In this document: positions 46,801-58,800 of the stretch, in pieces
Numbering within the stretch: position 1 is the stretch's first letter
Layout: every line of letters starts with the position of its first letter
Position numbers and translations under genes: made by a program
Assembly (NCBI GenBank): GCA_002633005.1
Contig: NMRA01000181.1
Span: forward strand, 134,959 to 198,958
DNA length: 64,000 bases
DNA from: Phoronis australis
Lineage: Eukaryota > Animalia > Phoronida
Direction of reading: 5' to 3'
Notes under the pieces: model-generated
The model's input: only the letters and a program-made list of their open reading frames with translations
Told to the model about the DNA's origin: nothing
The model's database searches: none

Positions 46801-49800
46801 GCATGTGCAGAATTTTCTGCATTGGTTGTGTTCAATTGTCCTGTGAAATAAAATACAAGAAGTGCCTTTTGCAATTCTTGACAGAATGTGCAGGAATTTC
46901 TGCACTGGGTTTGTGCTGAAATATTTGCACTGGAGGATGCTCAGAAATTGCTGCAGTGAAGAAAGCACAGAAATTTCAGAAGCTGAGGATGGGAAGACGT
47001 TTCTACCTTATGTAAAATATATTTTTAAGCCAAAATGATTGAAAGCTAGGCAAAGAAGCAGTCTGCTTGAATCAGTGGAAATTCTCTTTATATACTTGAA
47101 TGGCATGTAATTTGTTATTCCTTGCTATTTTGTATGATTTTGTCTATGACTCATTGTCTGAAATGGTTGCAGTTACAACTGAGTTTGTTTAACACGCTGA
47201 CTGATCTGTACTTGTAGGCGATCAAGTAAACCCAGATCAGACGGAAGCTATTCCACTTGGATCCTGTGAGTTTAAGGAAACAAAGTTTATTGTGAGCAGG
47301 GGAGACTATTCCCAGCTGATGCAGGTTATGGTGGACAATTTGGCCAAAGCAAAGGTGAGGATCAGTCTGCTTCATGCTTGTTACTCTTGTTGATAAAGCC
47401 AGTATTCTGTATGTTTTGTTGAACATTCTATTGGATCACTGTGGTTATATGTGAGTAGTAATGACAACAGTAGAATGGACATTGACATGATTTATCTCCT
47501 TGAATGTGTAGTGATGGTCACTAGGCAGTGCTACTTCAAACTAGATGATATAAGCATGTAATGGGCAAATGCTCTGTGGCACTTGGGACAACAGTCTTAC
47601 AGTAGTTTCAAATTATATGAGTAAGACAGACTTTGGCTTTACTCTCATACTCTGCCAAACAAATTTCTTACTGGAATTGTTTGTCAGTGAAGTCAAACTT
47701 TTATCGCAATTAAACAGTGAGAGTTTATTCTAGGTTACGGGTTCCGTTTAGTCTCGAACTTGTTGTGACCTAACTCGCGTGATGTCAATTTAAATGCATT
47801 TGCTGAAAAAGTTAACGTTAGCGAAAAAGTGGAATACTTCACTGAATACATCATAATTATCATAGACATGCTTCGTTGAAGATATGAATAGAACCAAAAA
47901 GGATGGCTGAAGGAAGTAAGCACTTTTTTAAGTGACAATTGTAGGCATAAAATGTATTTGTAACAACTCGGAGGTGAAAACATTTTTGGTGGCTGGATTT
48001 GGGTTATTGCCCATTTAAAATATGTGAGATGAGATTAGTACAGAAACCGATGGGGGAGTATTCCAGCCCCTCTCCAGCCATCCGAGAGGCTATATGTTGC
48101 CTAACATTCAGATAGTCATGTGGTACCATTAACCCACAGATGCCTCCATCCTGTTGAGCTGTTTACTGTTCTCATTGAGACAATGTATTCACAAAAGAGT
48201 GCTAAGGAGAAGTACTTACAACAAAGTACGAAGTCTCGCCAATTTCAGACAAAAATAATTACCGGTACCAAAATTGTGCTTTTTTCATTTTTTCAAATCA
48301 TCTGATGTTAGCTATAGTATAGAACTTCAACTTAAAAGAGCATTAATTTTAGGCAACATATCTTAAGAAAAATGATAAGATATAATTCTACTAGTCGGCC
48401 GTCTTGTGCCCTGACTTGGTGAGATTTTACAGTTAACCAGTTGATGAAGTCTTGGAATATGGGACCAAATTTTTAATGTACATACAGAATCATTTTGCTG
48501 TGTTGATTGGTTTATCAACACACCAATGGCAACAATGCCGACTGCTACGTTTAGCAGTAAAAGGAAATCTGCTGAATGTCTGTTTTGATGTGATTTGGTG
48601 TTGGCGAAGCGATCCTAGACATATTCTTAAAAGTACAACAAGCAGTGAATTTTAAAGTGAAGTGTCATTTATTTTTTCTTTGAATCTTTTACTGTGCTCT
48701 GAGAAGGAAATTTCAGATATCGCATATGCTGTTAGAGTTGTTCAAAAGTAGCTCAAGCCCCAATTTCGATATTCACTAAAGAATTATGTATTTCGTATTT
48801 CTCTGCAAAACATGATTGTTTCATACAGGAGTTCGCTGCCAATGAAAATGAGAAGAAGATGTTGCAGTGTTACATTGACAGTTTTAGCAGTGGCTCACTG
48901 ACAGCTCACAAAGATGGCTCTCGCCACTGGATCCGGGATGTTGGGCCAATTATTGAGTGGTACGTGTGTCGTTGGGAGGGTTCTAATGAACTTATAGTAG
49001 GCTGCTTACAGTGGAGTGTCTGGTCACTGACTTCCTTTTGGTCTGTAACATGAACATTGGATATATTTAGAAATATTTAATTGGAGAATTGTGGTAGCTC
49101 AAATATTTTACATGGCGAACAGATGTTCAGCTCACAGATTAGAAATTAAAAATGGCAGGAAGTGAAAAATATGTAACATGTAATGCAGGAGAGATCGAGA
49201 CAGACGTGCATTTCTTTAGTTGTCCATTCGTGGTAGATTTAAGAATTATGTTCATACCTCATTTCTATGTTAGAAACAATGATGTCAGGTCTCTTTTAAA
49301 CTCGAGGGCAGTAATCACTTTAAAAAAAAACATTTTGATGTATAATAATGAAGGGCAGTGTTAATTAGAAGTGAGATGTTGAATCTTTATTAGCTTATAT
49401 GCATGTATCAATTACGCTGTGAACTGTGGACTGATAGCCTCTTGTTCAATAAAATAAAAGTTACGAAAAAGAAAAAAAGAAACACATTGCAAAAAATTAG
49501 GTCAAACTGGAATAAATCAAGTTAGCTGCGGTGAAGTTTCCTGTAGAAGCCACCAATGAAGTCCATTTGGTCTAAGGTTTTATGACATCTAATTAGGAGC
49601 ACTAACTTGCTGTATTCAAAGCAAAACAAATCAAGGCTTCTAACTCAATTCATGAAAAAAAGATTGTTTTTAGAGATGGTTTTGCATGGGGCTTTAAAAT
49701 GTTTTAAAAGCCTGGTTTTGATCGGCCACTTGCATAGAAAAACTAAATAAATGCAGAACTTGGGGCTATGTTTGTTGGTTGTGATCAAGAATTTTCAATA

Positions 49801-52800
49801 ACCTAATACCAAAGATTTTTTTGTAATCCTGATTAATTGATTAGTTTTCTGATTTCAGTTATATTGGCTTCATTGAATCCTACCGTGACCCATTTGGCCA
49901 AAGGGGTGAATTTGAAGGTTTTGTCGCCATGGTGAACAAAGAAATGAGCGCCAAGTTCGGCGCTCTCGTCTCCAACGCTGAGTCGTTCCTGCCCCTTCTT
50001 CCCTGGCCCTCCTGTTATGAGAAGGATAAGTTTCTGCGACCCGACTTCACCTCACTGGATGTATTGTCATATGGCAGTAGTGGTATTCCGGCCGGTATCA
50101 ACATTCCGAACTGTGAGTGGTTGGTGAAGTGAAATTCACCCAAACTGAATGAATGTCAACCGAATGTTTTATGGTCTTCTTGTCGAAAAGAGTGCTGAGG
50201 CTGCCCTTGTGAAAACTGAATAAAAGGGACTATTCGCAATTCTGTTCAAGGTGATGAGTAGGGCTGAAACGGCTCACAACGCTTTTTGTTTGGTTTCGTT
50301 TTCTCAGACATCTGAATTGAAGCTAAGCAGCTGCAGTTTTGTGTTTTGTGATAATGGTTTGTGTTGTTGTGACAGCATCAACCTCTGGTCATCTTGTGGT
50401 CTGCTGATAACTCGGGTATAATTTTGGTTGATTGTTATGATACTGTCTGCATGTTGTACTCCCATACATGGTTTACTCATATACACGTCTTCCTCACATA
50501 ACTGCAAAGGCTATTCATTTTCCTGCTGTCAGAAGGCAAAAAGGCAGCTACTCAGATATTTTTGACTTAGTATTTAAAATATCAAAGAAAAACATTTCCA
50601 GTAATTTAGTCTCTTGTTTAAAAGGGAAAGCAACTGCTTTTTTATTTTGCCCTGCGTTAATTTATATTTGTGTTTCCTAAACTTGTATTTATTATTAATA
50701 CAACAATGTTAAAGTAGTAGAAATACAAAAAGCAAAAGGTCCTCATCTGTCTGCATTCATGTCCATTAAGGAAACAAATAAGTGACACAGATTTTTTGTA
50801 ATGGAAGTGAATGAAGAAGCCTGATGCGGGGTTTTGCATTCTTAATGATGGTAACACGCAAAGAATCGTTGGCTCTCTTATTTCATTTTTTATGAGTTGG
50901 ACTTAAATTTTACGAACTCTTTGGTATTGTAGATGATGATATCCGACAAGATGAAGGGTTTAAGAACGTTTCCCTTGGCAACGTTCTGTCATCAGGATAT
51001 AAGGATACCAAAGTTACTTTCCTAACAGAAGAAGACAAGGTAAGTCTCAAGGATTGTTGTCTTGTATATGTGTTAATTTGTATCATTTAAAGAACTGAGA
51101 TGGTTGTCAGCGTTAGTACTATGACTCCCATATTTTGTCACTGGAGCATACCAGGAATTCTGACAGTAATCTCCTGGGTGTCTGTTTAGAAAATGGGATC
51201 TTTCTAGTACCCTTAATATGAGCCCAGGAGTACTTTCAGAAAATGGTGACCACTGTACATAATTGGGATGGGGAAGTCTCTAGAATTTGGGGCAGTCTAG
51301 ACTTTGGGACATGGAAATTTATGGTGAAATTGAATTTTTTGGGCGGTTTTGATGTTCACCACATTCCTCAAATTTCGGACTCTGTTTTCAATCTACATTG
51401 TCTGAAAATGGACTCGGAAGTAAATGTGTTTTTCCACCACATAATTTGGTGAGATGGATCAGTAATAGTTTCTTTGATACCATTAGATGAATTTAAATTT
51501 ATAGTAGATAATAAACCAAAACAAGCTGAAATAAACAAACTATGCCCTGTTTCTTGTAAAGCCTTGTTTTTGTTTTTCACTTGCTGACGCTCATGGCACT
51601 TTGGGACACCCTGCAAATGGTTAACACTTATGTCTCTCAAAGTAGGACCACAGGCTTATATTCAGAATGTTTTTAATGTAGGCTCAAAATGTGGCCTGTT
51701 GGCATGCATTCCGGATAGAATTATAGTTTTCCAAAAAGTCAACACATCAAAATTGTTCAAGCCAAATTGTTTACAGTAAATTATTTGAAAATTAGTCATC
51801 ATTTTTTGCGGAGATGAGATCTTATCAGCTGTTTTGATAGCTGCTGTTTGTGCAAATAATAATATTATTGGCTAATAAAATGAGTTTACCGTATTCGCCC
51901 TAATAAGCGCCCAGGGCGCCTAGAAAAATTCGCTTCAGGAAGGGGGTCTCTTATTATAGCCCAAAAGTGGTTGAAACCCAGTCTCCGAAACAGGTGAAAT
52001 CGCAAGCTAGAATTCATCACATTTACACTCTGTGATGCAGCTGTAACCTATGACAGAGTTTCTACAGAATTGCGACTGCAATTGCTATTGAAGTTTGTTG
52101 TTAAATTACGAGCATTTTTCAGAAAATCTAAGTGTGAAGACTCGTTGACTGATGCATCGCTGTCTCATGATCGCCGATAGGTCAACTTAAATTCTTGAGT
52201 AAAAATATAGTTTCGACTCGACAAATTACCCAAAGTCCTCCGTAGGTTTTCAAAGTAGCATCCTTAAGACCTTTAAGCTCCAGTGGAGTCAGGATTAACT
52301 GCATATTAAGTCCAAATCTACGCTAGATCGTACTGTGCAACACGAGAAACATCTCTGGACGAACACGCATGTTGTTGTCACGTGATGTTTGTTTTGAAGT
52401 TCCCCTGCTTGCATGAGTGAGCGAGCATGTGTGTGTCATCGGAGTTCATTTGCCAGAGTAAACGCGATGTAATGATCTAGGTGTGCACTGTAACTAAGCA
52501 GTAAAAGCAGAATGTGTTCTATTAAGCACTTGTTGATCTCTGCTAAAAAACATTCGAAAATTGTCTTGGTAAGGCTGATGTCGTCGAGTCGCTGGGTGAC
52601 TGGATGTGTGACAGTCTAACAGTTATTGTTCGAGGGGGGGTTAAGGGTGTAGAAGTATTCACTATCAGTGGATCATTTTGACTTTAAAAACACCAATTAC
52701 ACCTAATTTAATAATTCCTCCTAAAAACAATGCAAAAGTTTTTTATGGTATTAGAAACATTCGGAAATAAGTGCCAGTATTTTTTCTTGTTGATGCTATG

Positions 52801-55800
52801 CTACACGTTTCATGAATAAATAGTTCCCGAAGACTAATCTTCAATCATGACAGGTACTTGAATGTAGCGCGCGCTTCCTGGCCATGTGCTTTTACAAAAG
52901 TCAAGTTTTTATTGGTCTTTGATTTGGGGTTTTCATGTGTACAAAGAAATTTAGATTCCTGTTGAGGGAGAAGATCTGTATGGGAAAGATGCAATAGAAT
53001 GTCTTTGACAAGTACGCTGCGTCTGTTCTGAAAGGCCAGACCATAATAGGACTCGTCCCTTGCAAGTTCATCAAAACTTTTGCGTTCTTTTTGAATCACG
53101 GCGGATGTTTGAAGTGTGGTCATGACTAAATACCGACATAGCGACGAGGTTCATGGTCTACAAATTTCGCACACAATGATTTTTTCAGGACTGTCGGATC
53201 TTATTGACTCGATAAATTGAAGACGTTACTGTAGAATTTTAGAGCTGTAGGTTAGGCATTTTTCGCATGCGCACGGGGTTCATAGACTGGGTGCTTATTT
53301 TAGCAAGGTCTGGAAACGTGTGTTTGGTGCTTATAGAGGCATGGGTGCTTATTAGGGCGAATACGGTATGTTTGTATACAGAAAATTCAATGCTATCGTA
53401 AGGTAGGATGCGTTTCAAATATACATTCATGTATTTGGTGTTGACATATCTGCCACTTCACGTGATTTGGACCCACAAATACGAATTGAAATAAATGTAA
53501 AGAAAACTTTAAGTCACATCACATTTTCAAAACTTTCGCAGGTCTTGGATTTTTTCTCATGTATTTAACCACGGGGGCCATTTGGCTCTTTAAAGTTTTG
53601 CAAAAATTATGTGTTTGGATTAAATGGCATGTGCCGACAACTGTTGCACCCATTGTGTCCTTCTGAGGAGTTTAAAAGAATTATGATTTACAAAGGTCCA
53701 TGGCCAGGTAATGTTTGTCAAAGTGCTAAAGTTACAATGCTACGTATGGCAGACCTAATTGATATTGTTTTTAATTTTGTCATTTTATTTTTATTTGATG
53801 GTCCAAAATATCAAAGTGGCATCACTATTGAGCAATGGAATAAGGCCTGAACCTTTTGCAGTGTTCTGTTCCACTGTTAATTTTGGGGCTGTCCTGTCAA
53901 AGCTACATGACGAGTACTAGGATTTTGTGCTATTTGCTACAACTTGGCAGATGTATGCGGTCTCTATATGATAACTTTATAGTTATCCATTGACCCACAA
54001 TTCCTCACAGCGCCCTTGATGCCAGGATTTTGGATCTGGCCTATTATCCCATACCTTAGTGAAAAGCATTTAAAGTCGTCACTCGAAAGTCACCTCATCA
54101 GGGCCAAAAATTCTCTTCCAATGAGCTTGGAATCACTTCCACAAAGCCTAAGTTTATGCTTGTTGATGACAGGTCAGGGTAGGAGTTTCTCCCCTCAATC
54201 AACCCCCCCCCTCCGAAGGCACAGGCACCTTTCCCACAGATAAGCGAGGACTCTGGCTTGTTGTAAGAGCTCTTTACCTGTGGTATTCACCATCATAGTA
54301 GCTGTCCCTTTCACCGGAATTGACCAGAAACTTAAACAACGTGATAATGGTGTTATATGAAAGATAACCTGTTTCATTACTTTTGGTTTGTATTTTATAT
54401 GCTATTTTAATGCACATTTTCAGATTTGTATAATTTACAAAGGTCATGTCACCAACAACAAGACAAATAAATCACTTCTGGCCTAAGACAAAATCCTGCT
54501 AATTTTGAATGTTCTGTCACATTAAACTCCTTATATATCAAGACATTAGTATAAATTTTGATATATGTCTCTGTAAGGGGACACCATAATAATTGTTATC
54601 TGTTTTCTTTCATCTTGTAGGCTCTCTTCATCAAGTACAAAGGTCCTGCTTTTGAAGTACAAGTGGGCTTGCATGAGTTGCTTGGCCATGGCAGTGGCAA
54701 ACTGTTTATCAAGGTGAGATAATTAGAGCGATGTCATTTACGGCACTGCTGTCATTTTGCAAATGCATTGTGAGAGGGTTGTCAGCTTATGAACATCCGG
54801 TGACATCACATATAAACATGGTCAACGGGAAGGAAATAACTTGGAAAACAAAATTTGTCCCTTGAGTGCACGAGAACTGAAGCACGAGGGCACTGGAGCA
54901 TGGTTTTTTGGTGCGAATCTGTGGTGTAAGTATGAATAAGCAACGATCATACAGAAAGGAAAGACAAATGAGCCTGAAAATGCATTGACTTAACACATAC
55001 ACAGAAAACATGTTAATTCCTCACACAAAAGATTCTCGTCTCACATGCCATCCAATCATGGTGAAGTTCAATCTCACCACCTTATAAATGAGCTTCCACA
55101 TCCACAAGATATATGAGATGTCAATGGGTATTTACGAATAGGCAAGTGTCTCACAATGTATTTGAAAAATGAAAGGAGTTTTGTAGATGAAATTCCCCCA
55201 ATTAATTGTCACCTGCTTTGCCTGCCATCTATGGTAATGTTTTCTTCAATTTTGTCTTTACTGGTTATTTATGCAGTGGTCATCAAAGTAATATTATTAG
55301 TTGACATCACTGGGATTGGCATATGACTAAAGTGTCGAATTTCTTAAACATGAGAAACGGGGGAGGCGGAGGGCTAGGTAGGATGATTACATGCTTGAAG
55401 GATTGTTCGTTGAAGAGTGCTTGATGCTTAGCATAGAGTCAAATTGCCAAATGCTACCTGGCAAAAATTTACGGGTTGCCAAACAGGAAATTAGGTCCCC
55501 AGAACAAGAAAACCCCAAGGAGTGGGAATGTCTTGGCCCCTACAAATGACACATTTATGGCAACAATTGACAGTAACAATAATGGGCTATCTAAATTGAA
55601 GAGCTTACGAACTGGGCAAATGTCCTCCCGATAACCTGGCCAACCTTGTTTTTTCATTGAATGGAAAATTAAGAGCATATCATGTTCCGTGTAACGACTA
55701 ATTTCCAACATGGGCTCAATGTCGAAGTTTGAGTGGTTTGATCTGAAGACTTAAGTAAAGGCTTAGCAGTGTGCTTGGAGTCAAATTGGCCTCATCAGGT

Positions 55801-58800
55801 AGACGACAAGTTGTTTGATTTTTCATGGGGCGAGTGACTTCCTGTTCAGTGAGAGACAAAATTTCACTCTTATCACCGTGACCCCTCTTTTGTCCTCAAA
55901 ACTAAATACTGCACGTTTCCATGTACAGCTGAATCAAACGATCTTGTTCTCCTTTTATGATGCACCAACATACCAACCTGGTCATATATTGCTGTCCCTT
56001 CTCTCGGTGTAGATTATCCCAACGTTCGCTGCTGTATCTCCTAGATCCATTGTAACATCTTCATGAATTTTGGCATGAAACTTATGACAGACGACGAGGA
56101 CTTTTGAGCTTATCCGACTACTGTGCCCCCAAGTGACAAGTGTTTTTCATTGCATCTGTATCTTGATTGCGTCTTGAAATTGGGTATGTAGTATGTACTG
56201 GTTTTTATTTGCGTCCGTGGTTGTATCTTGTGAACCCCTTGCAGGATCTTTGTGAAATTTAACAAGTGTATTCTTACGACTGTGACAGCAATTGAGGATG
56301 ACATTGTGATGGATCTCAAGTGGCAATTTAGCTAAATCGTTAGCCCCTGTATCTCCAGGAGCCCTTGGCAGATATTCATGATATACGACTAAAGAAAACG
56401 AGGAGACCGTTTTATTTTGTAACAAATTGGACATATTTTGTGAGACCTGTTGGCCATTTTTGTATCCACGCTAAATGACGATATTTGGCGTGGATGCTTC
56501 TGCACCAGTTAATTTTCTAATGGCTTCTACTTCTGTGACTTCCTGTATTCCGTTTAAGTTTTTGAGAAGGCATTCGGGGTCAGTCAATTATTGACGAAAC
56601 GACGTAACACATTTTGATGAAACTTAAAATAGAATTATACAATGGGAGTGCGCTGGCTCCAGTCGATTTCCATATGGATTTGACTACCATGGCACCCATT
56701 GTTTTCCATTTGCATTGTTATTGAGTAGGTAATTGTTGTCCTTTATTATTATTGTCGAAATAGCGAAAGATCCACCTTGATGCAGAGGTGCATGAGATGA
56801 CTATGATGAATCAGCACCAACTCTGACCAAACTAGTCTAATTTTACATATTACATGATGCCAGTGGACATCCCTAGAAGCATGCCGATGGTGGTTTAGTT
56901 GTAGGACCATTTCAATGATTTGTGTCTCTTATGTAGAATTGATGGATTTCATCTGCTGAGGTGCAGGTCGCCACTGCAGGCCGTTTTTTGAAAGCATTGA
57001 TGGGACGATTGTCAGCTTGTAAACATCCGGTGACATCACACAATTAGAAAAAGCAATATATATCCTAGCGTCATTCACACAAATGGAACACTCATAGGAT
57101 ATTCTTCTCTATGATATACCATTTATTTAATTAAAGATTATGTTGAAGAGATATGCGATGAAATTTTAGTTAAATTTAAGCTTTTGCTGTCTATTTCCAT
57201 AACAGTGTATCCGGGGAGGTCTATTTTTTGGAAAATTTTACAGAATGAAGAGGAATGTCGATTGTGACCATGAGGATGAAAACACTTGCCTTTCTAGCAC
57301 CTTTTCCTTGTCATACATATTTGCCATTTCCAGGCTTAGGGAAACACTGATAAGATGGCTTAGGAGTTTTTCACTTGTAAATCACTACAAATTATAGTTA
57401 CACAATACTGTGAATGACTAGTTAGGGTACTTACGTTTCACTTCAGTCATTGATGTTTCCATTAACTGTTGCCTGCAGAACGTAGGGATGCATTCTATGG
57501 GGGACAAGCGGTCCTCCTACTATGACTCATCTTGTACTTCTTAGTCTGCTGCATGATTAAGGCACCATCACTCAAAAATAAAACATTGAATCCGAGCCTC
57601 AAAATGCATCAAATAAACAGTGCACGAATTGCAAATCTTTTCCGCAAAACGTTTTTGAGGCACATGTCGGCCAATCTCGCATATGTTAAATTTCAGCACC
57701 TAAAACGCAAATTACTGCACATCCCCAAGTTATCTGAGATGTCACCAAAAGCTGAGGAACAACCGTCCCACGTTACAATTTTGTAAGTTGGCAGCAGCAC
57801 TTTGAAATCCCCAAATTGTGTTTAATTACTCTGTAGTACTGTTTATACTTTCATGTTAATTTAAAGAATTATTTTTCCTTGAAGGACAAAGATGGCAAGT
57901 TTAATTTTGACATTGATCATGTCAAGCATACAGAAACTGGGGGACAGGTGAGATCACATGAGTTTTATACGTGCATAGAACAATTTCTCTTTGCCCAATC
58001 ACCACCATGTATACTCTGGATAAGAATGAATTTGTTAAGCTTGCAATCTAGAAATTTGTTGTACTGATGAGATGTACTACTGAGTTGACGTTTATTGCAT
58101 GAAAGTGGTGTGGAATGAGCTCTGTTACTGAATCGAAATAACCACAAGTCACAGTACATGAATCTGTGAATGTTTTGTGTCACAGAGATGTGTTAGTGAA
58201 TCGTAATAACCACAAGTCACAGTACATGAATATGTGAATGTTTTGTGTCACAGAGATGTGTTACTGAATCGAAATAACCACAAGTCACAGTACATGAATC
58301 TGTGAATGTTTTGTGTCACAGAGATGTTGAAATATATCCCCCAAATTTACAAATTCAGTGCTGAACTTTCAGAATGTATTAAAGTGGCAATATTTCAACT
58401 ACCTGACTTCACCTCGTATATTGACTATTTTGTTCATCAATTTACTGAATTAACACTTAATTACCCCCTGAGTTTATAGTTTCGCTTTTGTATCATTGGA
58501 GTTTCTCTTGTTATTTGTTAGTGTCTTGCTTTTTACAAGTTTACTTGGCTTCATTGTTGCATTCTAGTGCGAGCAAAATTTTCCTGTTCTGTTGGGAATT
58601 TAACGCTGACAGTAGAAGGTAAAATAAACTTGACAAATATCCGTGGATACGGGATGTTTTCCAAGATGAGACCAATGATGCAATGCATTCTGCTACTTCC
58701 TCACCAGGGGAGCTCTATGGGGGACTGTCGTATCGTAATCAAAACAATTTATTTTTTTCACTTGAGATTTGTTTCACTTGCCACAGATCACCAGCTGGTA

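Noticed and set aside
54775-57042. About 33-bp direct repeat (TTGTCAGCTT..AACATCCGGTGACATCACA) 2.2 kb apart
   Set aside because: Too short for LTRs and no retroelement features between the copies.
58124-58328. Regular repeats (also 3654-3990) considered as CRISPR-like arrays
   Set aside because: Contiguous tandem units without unique spacers, in a eukaryotic intron; ordinary minisatellites.
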